From Macrostomum lignano (lineage: Eukaryota), in the NCBI GenBank assembly GCA_002269645.1, contig NIVC01003765.1, positions 1 through 64,000 on the forward strand: a stretch of DNA of 64,000 bases, written 5' to 3'. Within the stretch, counting starts at the first letter, position 1. The number at the start of each line of letters is the position of its first letter. The position numbers and the translations under genes are program-made. The notes under the pieces are model-generated. The model had not been told where the DNA came from. It worked only from the letters and a program-made list of their open reading frames with translations, and made no database searches. Positions 34,516-46,491 of this stretch are shown piece by piece.

Positions 34516-35743
34516 CAGCTGAGGCTGCCCTGACTACAGAAGAATTTTTCCCATTCTGCTGTTGTAATGACAGTTTTTCATGAAATTCTGTTATACAAAA
34601 GTAGATCAACAAATGGTTTTATCGAATAGCTGTACCAGTATTCGAATTTCCCCCAAGATTTGTGACCCTAAAGAGCATCTAAAACAGGACCTGTGTACTG
34701 ATAATTGGATTGCATCATTTTCCTGATGCGTGATAAAATAAAATTGCAAGACAAACGCGTTACGCTTATGTCTATTTTAGCTTTGATTTGGCTTTGTCAC
34801 TCGCTTCAGCATTCTCTAACCCAAAGGGAATCAAATAAGGCGGTCGTTTCATAAGCTCGAAGTCCACATCGTCGGAAAGACAATTGCTTGTCATTCACAA
34901 CTAGGGAGATGCTTGACAAGCTTCGAGCTTTTAATATTTTGAGCTCATGGCGATATGAATAACCGAACTTATTGATTTCTGAATGGGTAAAAGGCTATCT
35001 CAATCCCTGCACTTGTATTATCCACTCTTTTCATCTCGTAAGAGTGCCCTAATTGTGAAGGATTTTTAAGGTATAATTTTTTATGCCTGAGCGCAAGGCT
35101 CTTTGCGAACCTCTCCGGCTGCTAAGGTGGTTTTGGTGCCCTCCGGGCCGCTGTAAATGCCTCGGAGGCGGCTACCACTCCTCACGAGCAGGCTTTGAGC
35201 AGGCTTTTACGCAAGAATTCTTAGGGTTTTTCAAGGAATTTGGGGAGCTGATTTCTGCCTGCCATAGCATAAAGCTAATAATGAATATTAAGAACATTGA
35301 GAATGAAGCACAGTTGCAGTGGCAGAACAGCTCTGTGAAGGCACAGAGCGTTGGTGAGGAAGCGGGGGAAGCCTGATACCGGAGTAACTTGGCAGACATT
35401 CAATATACGAGTAATAAAATAAATTAATTTATCTGAGGTTAAATATATTTGTGTATTTAAAATTTCTGAAGAACACGAGGCTAAACAGGAAATTTATGTC
35501 AGAAACTGACAGAATATTCCAAAATCTTGAGTAGTAGGATAATTCTGGATGGAACCCTGTTTTGATAGTACGCTCGTTCCTAAAATCAATGATGTAGCTC
35601 GTACCGCTTTCAAATAAAAATTTGTTTGAACCAGAATGTCTGCAGGAATTCAAAAAAGGCAAAATATGCGGTGAATAAATAACAAATATAGTCAATTATG
35701 ATTACATCAAACATAATGTAAAGTAAAACACAATTTTGATCAG

Positions 35744-37624
35744 CTATTTCCCATCAGCTTCCTTTCCTTTTGGATCTTCCTGCTTCTGCGAAGCTGGGGG
35801 CTGAATCATGGGAAACGGGATGAAGGTTGGGGTTGAAGCCGCGGCTGCGGCAGAGCAAGAACTGGCGCCTCTTTTCTCGCTGCCACTGAAAAAATTCGAA
35901 ATCGTTCCTTTAACAATTTCACCCCCAGCAGCCTGCAAAACTCCGAAAAGAAAATTCTCCCACTTAGCACTGCGTTCGGCTTCCTGCTCCCGACGTCTGC
36001 GCTCTTCTTCCATGTGCTTCTCCCACTGCGCCATCATCTGCTTTGCGTTGGCATCCTGCTGCCTGCGTTCCTCTTGGCTCTCGCGCACCTGGCGCTGCAG
36101 CTCCTCGTTCATCTTTAGCAGGGATTCTATCTTGGCTGCCTGCCGCGAGCTGCGCGCCTCGGACTCCTGCAGGGCCAATTGGCGTTGCATGGACTCTTTT
36201 TCTAGCAGCGACCGCATCTCCTCCTTGGACACGGACGACTCCAAGATTCTTTTCACTTTTTCCTGGAATTCCTGCTCCAGTTGCTGCATCCTTCTGTTGG
36301 TATCAACTTTCTCATCAAGGAGACGTTGAAAGTCTTGCTGCAGCAACTCTCCTTTCTTCTGCTCAGCGATCTTGTCAGACTTCAGCTGGTTCATTAGTAT
36401 CAAATCCTGCACCTCCCTCTGTAGATCGTCGTGCAGTTTTCGTCGGCACTTGTCGCAGTCGGTTGAGTCCTTCTGCATGCAGCGCTTGTCGAATTGTTCG
36501 AGCGATTCGTCGGCCAATTTCTGCAGCTGTGGCTCCAATTCGATTGCGTCAACAGCGGATGCGGAGGCTGAAATCGGCCTGGCCTTGTCAACAAACGTCT
36601 GTCTGGCGGATGCGGCAACCACAGCGTTCGTCAATTCGACGGTGGCCGAGAACAGCGACTTTGGCGAAGGTAGCCTGCCGCTGCGGAAGGCCTCGAAGTA
36701 GACTTTGGCGAAGTTCAGCAGCTCGCGCCCAGTGAGTTCTCTTCCATTAACTGCTTTAATGACAAGCTTTTCAGGTGATAGCACGAGTTCCACAAACTTC
36801 TCAACCTCCTCAACAAAGTCTTCATCTAGCTTTTCCAGCTCCCCTCGAACATTCGATCTAGTCGCACACTTCCCAGGGCTGGGCAGCAGGCAGCAAAACA
36901 TGCGAAATATTTCCTAATGCCTGCGCGGAGCTCACGGTTTTCAGCCGGCATGTTCTCATCTGACGCCACTACCTTGCGTAGATATCTCATACCGCCGGCA
37001 TGGCCGTTCTCGAACTCATCGGGGTTTTGCCAGTCCCGAATTAGAAACCACAAGTCTTGAAGGACCTTTTCGCTTTCATCCTTTGCCATCGAGGCGAACT
37101 CAACGAACAGTCGGAGGTGCTGCAGATCCGTCTCTTGAATGTTCTGCGAGATGTTGAAGATCTGCACTGAGCTCAGTAGTGTGCTGAAGACGAAGATTGA
37201 GGTGCTATTCCTGCTGAGTCGACTGGTGATCGAATGTACCCTGAGTGTCCATCAGCAGCACGGCCACCGCTTCTCCGTCGGGCTTGCGGATGAAGAACGG
37301 CTCGGACCAGATGAGGATGCCGGTGGTGTCTCTCTCGATCCCGGCTCTCCAGTGGAATTCGTCATCGAGCTGGTCATCAGATCGAATCCAGTCTCGAGTG
37401 TCTCCTCGACTGAGAGCTCTGAGGTATCTCAGGAAGAAGTTGAGCAGGAAGGACTTGCCTTTACGAAATGCCCCGGCAACACTGACTACAGCGACTTTAG
37501 ACCGAAGGAAGCGCTTAGATGAAAGAATTCGACGCTCGATGCCAGCGTTCAGTTTGAATCTCTCGACGCTCTCAGACTCACCGCTTGCTAGCTCTGCCAG
37601 GTAGACAACCTCGCCAGTCGTCAT
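35744..37624 (-). pseudogene. ATL: Atlastin-family GTPase copy 2, disrupted by two frameshifts
   Basis: ATG at 37624. A +1 insertion near 37207 (GACTGC to GAATAGC) creates TAG after 139 codons. A second shift occurs near 36902-36906 (KYF / MFCCLLPSPG). The remaining frames are open and paralog-like to the stop at 35744. Confidence 0.8.
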
Positions 37625-38504
37625 TGTCTTTGCCTGTTATCTGTTTGTCTGCAACATTTTTTCAGTTTTAATTTGTCGAACGTAGAATAGCAACAATGCA
37701 AACAGCAAAGATGCACTTTCAAGATCCATAAACTAAAACTTTTGGAGTTTCGAGACGTTACTACGAGCTATATGTATTCAAAAAGTACAGCTAGACAGAG
37801 TTTTCATTTTGAATTACCTAATTTAGATATTAGGTATTAGGGAAGATTTAAGGACAGAAATGAAAATTCATGAGATTTTAAATTTCAGTCAGTTGGTATG
37901 CGAGTAATACTTAAAATAAATCTGTGGAGTGCAACGTGAGCGTGACGTACAATTTGTATTTTTAAACTCTTGCAAAATTTGTTTTTGTGCACTCTGCTTA
38001 ACCGTCGTCATTTCTAAAATAAGATTTAACTTGCACTCGCACTATCTTAGACGCCAAAGCAGATTCGCCACGCCCCACCAGAGCGTCACACCAGCAGCAT
38101 TATGCGGGTATTGTACTAAACTGCTTTTAAACTGGTATTGTGTCTGCATGCAGTCTAGTTCGGTTTCGTTTGCTACGAGCGTACTTGTAGACGGGTAGAT
38201 ATTCACCTCGTTGAGTATGAGCATAGGTCGTGAACATTGCCAAGGAGCTACTGCTATCGTGCTATGCAAAAAAATAAAATGGAATTTTCCGTTATTTTCC
38301 GAAACAACTTGTGCGGAAAGAAGGCCTGCAAGGGACGGATACTATTCTGCTAAGAGCCAAGCTACATTAAAAAGTATTTGTACTCGTAACAACGTCGCAT
38401 GAGTTGAATAGCATATTAATTGCCTTCAAACGCAATTTCTAAAGCTATTATTTGCTAATCACCGCTGTCATTAACTCCCAACTCTTTAAGTACAAGCACG
38501 CAAA

Positions 38505-40175
38505 ATGGCTTCATCAGTACGGAGCGGACCGATCCACCTCGTCCAGCTAGCTGAAGACACAGAAGATGACTGCATGCGATTCGAGTTCAACGCTGATATC
38601 TTCAAGCAAATGCGAAACGCTCAAAAGCTAGCGACCTGCAAGGTGGTTCTCATTAGCGTGGCCGGAGCCTTCCGCAAGGGCAAGTCTTTCCTGCTCAACT
38701 TCTTCCTGAGATACCTCCGAGCTCTCAGTCGAGGTGACACTCGAGACTGGATTCGATCTGATGACCAGCTCGATGACGGATTCCACTGGAGAGCCGGGAG
38801 CGAGAGAGACACCACCGGGATCCTCATCTGGTCCGAGCCGTTCTTCATCCGCAAGCCCGACGGACAAGAGGTAGCCGTGCTGCTGATGGACACTCAGGGC
38901 GCATTCGATCACCAGTCGACTCAAAGAGACTGCGCTACGATCTTTGGATTCAGCACACTTCTGAGTTCGGTGCAAATTTTCAACATCTCGCAGAACATCC
39001 AGGAAACAGATCTGCAGCACCTCCGACTGTTTGTCGAGTTTGCTTCAATGGCGAGAGAGTCGAAGGATAAGAAAGTTCTTCAGCATCTGTGGTTCCTCAC
39101 CAGAGACTGGCAGAATTCGCACGAGCATGACTATGGTTCTACTGGTGGACAGGAATACCTGGACAAAGTCCTTGCGTGCGATAGCCGTAAGCCGAAGGAG
39201 AACCAGGAGCTCAGGCTGGGCATCAAGCGGTACTTCGAGCGCGCATCCTGCTGCTTGCTGCCGCATCCAGGAAAGGCAGTTGCAGCCAAAGACTTCCGAG
39301 GTGAAATACATCGACTGGATCCCGAGTTCGTGGATGAAATGGAGAAGTTCATTCCAGTCATTGCCAGTCCACAAGCGCTGGTAGTAAAAAAGGTGAACGG
39401 AACCGAACTTCCTGGAAAAGAGCTATTCAAGTTTTTTGACATATATTTCGAAGCCTTTAAAAACGGGAAAATGCCTACTCCAAGAAACATTTTCGATGCA
39501 ACAGTTGAGATGGCAAACATCACCGCTGCTCAGGGGGCGAGGCAGATGTTTGAAGACTCTCTGGATCCGGACCTCCATGATGACGAGTTTTTCGACATTC
39601 TAGAAGTCCTGAAGCAACAGTCACTGGAATATTTTCTTTCCAACTGCATGCAGCCAGAATCCGCGGCTACCAAGAAGACTCTGGAGAAGCTGCAAGAGGA
39701 GATCCAAGGGCTGCTTGATAACAAGAAGTTCGTCAGGAGGCTGCAGTCGAGGACTTTGAGCGCCGACAGAAAAAACCAACAATTGCAGCACGAAATCGGG
39801 AGACTGCAGCTACAGAACATGGACGTATTGCAACAGATGGAAAACATGGAGGAGAACTTTAGGAGGACTGAGGAAGAAATCAGGAGGCAAAGCGTCTCAA
39901 AGGATGAAATGGATCGCTTACTGCAAGACTTGTCAATGCAGCACCTTGCTGACAAGATGAAAATTCAGGCTGATAGCGAGAAGCTTGTGGGAAAAGTGAA
40001 CCAACTCGCGGAAATGAATTCACAATTGAAAAACCAGCTCTCTGTTCGCCAGCAAGAGGCTCAGCGCTCCTTTGAAAGGCGAGAACAGTTGAGGCAGAGT
40101 GAGGTGGCCGAACTGCAAAGTCGGATTTCCCAGCTCGAGTCGAGAAAACCAAAAAGATCGTGCGTCTTGATGTAG
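38505..40175 (+). CDS. ATL: Atlastin-family GTPase, TM-less, coiled coil, polybasic CaaX (RKPKRSCVLM); 556 aa, intronless (copy 3)
   Basis: GAFRKGKS, GSERDTTG, LLMDTQG, LTRDW and CCLLPHPG motifs. No TM segment. Ends RKPKRSCVLM. Confidence 0.92.
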   Translation: MASSVRSGPIHLVQLAEDTEDDCMRFEFNADIFKQMRNAQKLATCKVVLISVAGAFRKGKSFLLNFFLRYLRALSRGDTRDWIRSDDQLDDGFHWRAGSERDTTGILIWSEPFFIRKPDGQEVAVLLMDTQGAFDHQSTQRDCATIFGFSTLLSSVQIFNISQNIQETDLQHLRLFVEFASMARESKDKKVLQHLWFLTRDWQNSHEHDYGSTGGQEYLDKVLACDSRKPKENQELRLGIKRYFERASCCLLPHPGKAVAAKDFRGEIHRLDPEFVDEMEKFIPVIASPQALVVKKVNGTELPGKELFKFFDIYFEAFKNGKMPTPRNIFDATVEMANITAAQGARQMFEDSLDPDLHDDEFFDILEVLKQQSLEYFLSNCMQPESAATKKTLEKLQEEIQGLLDNKKFVRRLQSRTLSADRKNQQLQHEIGRLQLQNMDVLQQMENMEENFRRTEEEIRRQSVSKDEMDRLLQDLSMQHLADKMKIQADSEKLVGKVNQLAEMNSQLKNQLSVRQQEAQRSFERREQLRQSEVAELQSRISQLESRKPKRSCVLM

Positions 40176-41189
40176 ACTTCGCATTGTCTCCTTGCTGAGG
40201 CTTTTAGCTTATGAGGCGATATCTGTAGCTAATTGAATAACGATATTATTCGTTTCAAAATCAGAAAAGTACATGTAGCTTTTTGCATGCTTGTTACGCT
40301 AATATTTAATTCAATTTTTATTTAAGAAAATTTTAGTTTCTGAAATTCAAGTAGCTACCAAAAAATTATTATAATTAGTGGTTGCGAGAAATAATGATAT
40401 GACATTGTAATATTGATATTCGTTTATTAACCCTTTTTAACACATCGTATATGTTTCAAGTAAGTTTTATATCCTCATATAACAGTAGCAATGCACGAGA
40501 ATATATCAATTTGTCTATCTTATTCTAAAATTGCACTCTAATGCTCTACGTAACTTTTTAGCTCCCACAGATATAATTTCATGTGTTATTTTAAACCATC
40601 CATTGTTTACCTTGTTTGCGGTGTTTTATTTCAAGCTAATGACATCACAGATAATGAGCTATCTTTATTTTAAATTAATGATCGAATTTTTAAGTTTGCA
40701 TATCTAACAAATATATAGTTTAACTACTCAGCAATAATCTTTCTGGCTTACACCAAACTAGATGCGGATTTTTTAGTACATTAGTGGTCCTTATCCTTAT
40801 CCTTATCCTTATTTAGATTAATCCTTAACAATAAATTATTTTAATAATATTATTATTGTCTTTTATGAAATACCGTAGTTGTAGTAAAAGTAACTTCTTA
40901 GCGAAAATTTTATTTAACAAATGGGTCAATAACCTATCTCGCGGCTCATCAGGCCCTTCGGAATAGCTAGCAGACAAGGCTCTGTCAGTAGTCGGCAGTA
41001 GGCCATAGACTAATTCGTTTTCGTCTCGTGTTCCTTTTCGCCCCCCTCTGAAAGTAATATCGCAGTCATGAGCCAATAGGAAGGAACGGGGGAAAGGGAT
41101 GCTAAAAGTGAAGGTCGAGCGAGACAAAAATAACTGGCTCAGATTAGCACTCCATTCTATTCTTTCCTCCGTGGTTGGAATTGTCATAG

Positions 41190-41615
41190 TTCGTATTTAC
41201 ATATTGGTTTTGTCAGCCTTAACTGAGAATAAAGCCATCCAAATTGAGAATCCTGCCTACGCTGACTGCGAAGGGCCTGGCTGCGTGCAGCCTTAGTCTA
41301 TGGGCCATAGACAATAAAGGACAAGCAAAGTGATAAAAAGCCATCCAATGTGAGAATCGATTGGTCTTTTAAAACTTTGCTTGTCCTTTATAGTCTATGG
41401 CTCATAGACTAGGCTGGACGCAGCCAGGCCCTTCGTATTCAGCGTTGGCAGGATTTTCACATTGGATGGCTTTTTTATCACTTTGCTTGTACTTTATAGT
41501 CTATGGCCCATAGACTAAGGCTGCACGCAGCCAGGCCCTTCGTAGTCAGCGTAGGCAGGATTCTCACTTTGGATGGATGGCTTTATTCTCAGTTAGGCTG
41601 ACAAAACCAATATTG
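41190..41615. mobile_element. Foldback/MITE-like element built from inverted ~105-bp units
   Basis: ATATTGGTTTTGTCAGCC...AGTCTATGGGCCATAGAC...AAGCAAAGTGATAAAAAGCCATCCAATGTGAG (41190-41355) is the reverse complement of ~41455-41613. A further inverted unit lies between them. Confidence 0.75.
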
Positions 41616-44600
41616 TTCCCTTTTGTCTATGGTTTCCGGCATTCATACTTGCGGTAACAATTTAATTGTTTGTCGGCTTTTTTCGATTGTTGCCGGATTT
41701 CAGACGAATGTATTTGGCTATCAAAACAAGGAACAACAATAGCAACACGGCGAAAGTGTTTCATAGTCACAAAAAGTTCTTAAGAACAAACCGATCGAAT
41801 CAATTGTTTTACTTTCCGTAAAAGTTGAATGTGCAGTTGTGGAACTGACCACCACAGAGGCTTCTCGGCAGGTCTTGGCCGCCCTCGGGTGCTTTCATCA
41901 GCTCACTGAGTCACTCTCAAGTCGGTCCAACATTTCCAGATCTTCGCTACCTAGCTCAGGCAGCCCGTTGGAACTGGACGACGCATCCAGGTTGTCCATC
42001 TCCAGAACGTAGCGCGTGCTCGACTCTCGGGTGACAAAAGCCAACTCGTCCGTGGAGAGTCCACATATTTCTCCGCCAGGAATGTTTGCGTAGCGAATCA
42101 TAGCTACTTTTCCTATTTGCACTCCGAATAGGAGAATTAATTCAAGCTCAAAATCAACTAGAGAATTAACTCATGGCAGCCAGGCTAGCTGTCTTCACTG
42201 TCCTTTAAATTTGCCATAAACGATTAATTATCTGTACAACCCTTTCATTTAGAGAGCAACTAAATTTGCCATAGACGATTGATTATCTCTACAACCCTTT
42301 CAAAGCGCATTCCGGCAACAATCGCATTTCATACTCAGCATCCGCACTATGTCTGGGCCATAGACAAGGGAAGTCAAAAGGGTACAATAATGACATGTAC
42401 CGATTTTTTTCGGCAGCAATTGCACTAATCGCCGGCTAAAGTTCTATGTAATTATAATTTATACTGTTGTCTATGGTACTAAGCTTTACATTTGAAATAT
42501 ACAAGTTGTAAAAACATTAACTTGAAATTCTTATTATATGCATATTGAGTTTTCTATTTATTGATGTTGGCTATAGAAAATTGCAACGGGCGCGGGCTGC
42601 CGTGCGTTTCACCCCGTTTCAATTCAACACGTCTAGGCCAACTATGGCTAACGAAAACTCGTGCGTCATTGGCAAAAGCACGAGTGCGACTAGAATCGTT
42701 CCTAACGACCCTAAACCCTCGTGCGCTTGTGGATAAGGAATTCAGTGCAGTACATTGGCTGCTACAGTTCGGCCTTGAACTCGTCCGTTAATGCATTCAG
42801 AAGCCGCGCGTTATCTAAATGAAAGCATGGCAATCATGGGTTGCCATGGAGACTTTTCACAACACGAGACAGCAAAAGCGAGCTGATAAATTGTGAAGTC
42901 ACGGAATATTTTCATGCGCTGCCGCGTGAAAATTAAACTAAAATAATCGAGTATTATGTAGATAAGAACTCTAAAACCCCAGTAGAAATGCGAAAAATAA
43001 ACACCACCCCAAAAGCCGGCCGAAACTTTATGCACTGCGTGCAGGAAGCAGTTAGAATAGGGATCTCGCATAGGGAGAGGAAAGGAGGGCAGAAAAGCTG
43101 ACTGAAAAGTTCTTCTGGCTGGTCTATTTATCAAAAAAGATCTAGAATCTGTTCGGCTGTTATGCTCAGGTACGTACCTTGTTATGAACTATGTAAAGCG
43201 GCTGGGTATAAATGCGGCTCACTGTTCACCGAAAATCGGACCAGTTTTAATTCTTAACTAGAATTCGCTGCAACTCAGTGCACCTTCAAGGTAAGACTCA
43301 AATTTAAATTGTTTTTTCAGTTTTCGCGACTGTTTGGCAAAGTCATCAAATAAAGCCGAAACTCTCTGTAGGACGCACTAAAAGTAGATGAGCGTAAAAT
43401 ATCATTCCTGATTACGTGAAAAAGCTTAAGTTTTCTCTTAAAGTAATTTGTCGGATACGGGAAATAAGATCTAACAATTTCCACATTGAGTCAAACCTTT
43501 TTTCTATACGAATTTTTCCATTTCGCTCGTTCCTAAAAGCAACAGAATGTAAAGAGTTCGATTTAGCACACTAGAGAGAGATGGAACAGAGAGAAAGAGA
43601 GAGAGATAATTAAGTCTAGTCTAAACGCACGAACTCCCACTTCCAAGACACTGGGGAACAAGTGCCTACTCGTAGGTATGCACAAAATCAAATAACTGCA
43701 GCGGATCCTCTGGTGGTCTGTAGACGTCTGAGTCTTGTAGGTTGTCGGGCTGGTTAGCTTGTTGAGCGGTAACGGCGACCGGTTTCGGTGAACCGCGGTT
43801 GCTTCCGTGAGTCCCTTAACTTTATCTGTGGGCTGTAGCAACTTCCTTTATTTGTTTCACGTTCTGTCTTCCTCGCTCATGTTTGAATCTCTCTTCAATT
43901 CTGATTGGCTGCCTCTCAGCGCCTTATCTCTATCTTTGCCTTTCTTTGCCTTTTCGTCGCGCCTTATACCCACTCCCCATTGCACACTAATGTTTTTGTT
44001 ATTTTTTTTCGACCCCCTCGCGCTCTCGTGCTCTATTCATCCCCCGGTCTCTTACCGTGGATGCAACCCCCATCCTCTCTAATTTAGTCAATGCCTTATA
44101 AATATATGAATTTGGGCCCTGCGCCCTCTTGTCTGGTTTTGTGTGTTCAACTCCAATAAAATATTGACTAGCGTTTCCTGATATTATTTACATGGGTCGA
44201 CCAAAGTCGAGAGCGGGAGGATCAGAAGTCTTGACGGTCCTCGAGCTCGGAATTAACAACAGAACGTGCGGCCTTATGAACAATTGAATTCCCTAAGTTT
44301 CTGCTATAGGTCCTCCTGAAGGGTGTCTTCTTCGTTACATCCGAAACGTAACGGATAACTTAAATCAGTCAATAAATCTTCTAGGAATATATCCTAGGAA
44401 ACAAGGAGGCCTTCTTAAATCCCGGTGTAAAAAAGTCGTCGTTCGGACTCGTACATGTCAGGGTCCCCGGGTACGACCGCGGTACAAAGTATTTTAATCG
44501 AAAAGACGTCTTTTTCTTACCAACAGCGAACGATTTCCGGACTGTAGAAAAAGCGTTTCATACTACTTATAGTCGGATTCAGTAGGGTATACAAAATGTG

Positions 44601-44684
44601 TTTCGGATGCGTTTTGCTAAAATAATAGTTGATAGAATATTAATACGATATGTCGACAAAAACGGCTGTCGTAAACTTACTTAA

Positions 44685-45915
44685 CAGCAGGAATACCAAG
44701 CCATTTTTCCGCCCGTCGAACTACCAAGAGGGGGGAAAATCCCCCTGACAATTTTTTTTGCTGCGCCGGAACGGAGCAACGCAGGCATACGAAATTCAAG
44801 AACACGGGCTAACTTTTTGTTGCGCACCTTCTCAAACAAGAATCAAGTCGCCAGCCATCCGGACCGTCGAGATATTCGACGATTCTGCCAGAAGGTCGGA
44901 TTTTTCCCCTAAGCGCTAGTGCATTCAGTACACCCCTGTGCGCCAATCAGCACTGCACCTCAGTTCAGCCTTGCCAAGCCTCCAAATTTCATCAGCACGT
45001 CGACCACATGTGTCTGCATCAGCTCTGACTTTGTTGGTCACTAGCCTTCACCCAGGCGGAGCTTCTGGACCTTCAACAGGTGGCACCAAGTGACTATGGA
45101 CACTCTGATACGAATTTCTCGAGTTTCGCTGATCAAGCCTCGACAGTGGGCAAACCTCAACTGCTAGGTATCCTCAGCTAGTCAAGGGGGGCCGTAGCCC
45201 AGCGGTAGCGCAGCTGCTCTGGTGTGCCAGCGACCCAGGCTCGATTCCAAGTGCAGTCACATTAATTTGGGGCTGAATTGGAATCTCGGCTTGGCTCTGT
45301 TCGTGCAATTAACGGCCTTGAGAGCCAACCCCCAAGGCGCAGTGAAGTGTACATGCCTAACGATAATATAAAGTTAGGGCCGCTGTACACTCCTGTGTGA
45401 GTGTGTGCCTGCGTACGTATCCGCGCGCTCAGGGGAGTCGGCGCAATGGGCAGTAATGCCTCTCGCCGGTTGTGTGCCTATGTCGCTTAAAGTCGCTTAT
45501 GCCAGGGTGCACACAACCCCACTGCCTCTAAAAATCCTCAGCTAGTCTCTCAAGCCTTCCATCATCACCCTGACGCCGTCAGCACCTTCAACAGATTACA
45601 CCAGGTGACTACGAGTAGCCTGATAGGAATTTCTCGAGTTTCACTGATCAAGCCTTGACAATGGGCAAGCCTAAACCGTGGGACAGCCTCAGATAGTCTC
45701 TCAAGCATTCAGTCATCACCCGGACGCCGTCGGCACCTTCTGGCAGAATCGTCGAATATCTCGACGGTCCGGAGAGCTGGCGACTTGATTCTTGTTTGAG
45801 AAGGTGCGCAACAAAAAGTTAGCCCGTGTTCTTGAATTTCGTATGCCTGCGTTGCTCCGTTCCGGCGCAGCAAAAAAATTGTCAGGGGAGATTTCCCCCC
45901 CTAGTAGTTCCACTG
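44685..45915. mobile_element. Non-autonomous TIR element A (TTAA|CAG...CTG|TTAA, ~175-bp TIR, 151-bp internal units, SINE-interrupted)
   Basis: TTAA at 44681-44684 and 45916-45919. 44719-44896 is inverted relative to ~45735-45910. The left arm is near-identical to element B. Confidence 0.85.
45184..45533 (+). mobile_element. tRNA-derived SINE inserted in element A, 14-bp TSD
   Basis: Head GGGGCCGTAGCCCAGCGG (A box) ... GGCTCGATTCC (B box) and a short A tail. TSD ATCCTCAGCTAGTC at 45170-45183 and 45534-45547. The empty site is visible in element B at ~46983. Confidence 0.88.
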
Positions 45916-46491
45916 TTAATCAACTTGTTAGCGCTATAGTAGCAAAGAGCTAAATCTGGAAACGCTTATCAATCGGTCCGGATTTCGTGCCTCAGAGATG
46001 GGTCTTCTTTTTTAAGTCTTCAAAAGTCAGTCTTGAGACTGCTCCGAGTCTGATTTTTTACTCAGATTTTTGCTTATGTCATGCGCGTTTGATTAAGGGG
46101 TCATGAATGTTTGATTATTACCGTATATGGAATTAAGCAAATACAACATCTGAGAACCGGTTCCTTGCAAATAAACGTTGGTCCTACGTAGGGTTCTGAG
46201 TCACTACTGTTTACACATGACTCATTCTAAAAATAGATATTCTAAAAATAGATATGACTCATAATAACTCATTTAAAAACAGATTGCGAGTTTAAATTGG
46301 TTTTATTAGATGTTACTTTAAGTAGTGCATTAGGGTATGACTAACGGCTCTCTACAAATGGACCTGTCCTGTTCTGCTTGTGGCAGAATGATTGCGTCCT
46401 CTTCTTTCCGATAGCAGCCATAGTATGACAAAGTTGAAGTGACGGTTGGTTGGTTGTGAGCTGGGTAACGGTGCGGGGTTTGTTTGCTTAA

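Noticed and set aside
43900-44200. Solo LTR (TATA, AATAAA, ...TACA followed by TGG)
   Set aside because: No second LTR, no recognisable tRNA primer-binding site, no TSD and no gag/pol remnants.
45187-45260. tRNA gene
   Set aside because: A and B boxes are present, but I could not fold a complete cloverleaf. The sequence continues into a repeated body with a TSD, so it is a SINE head.
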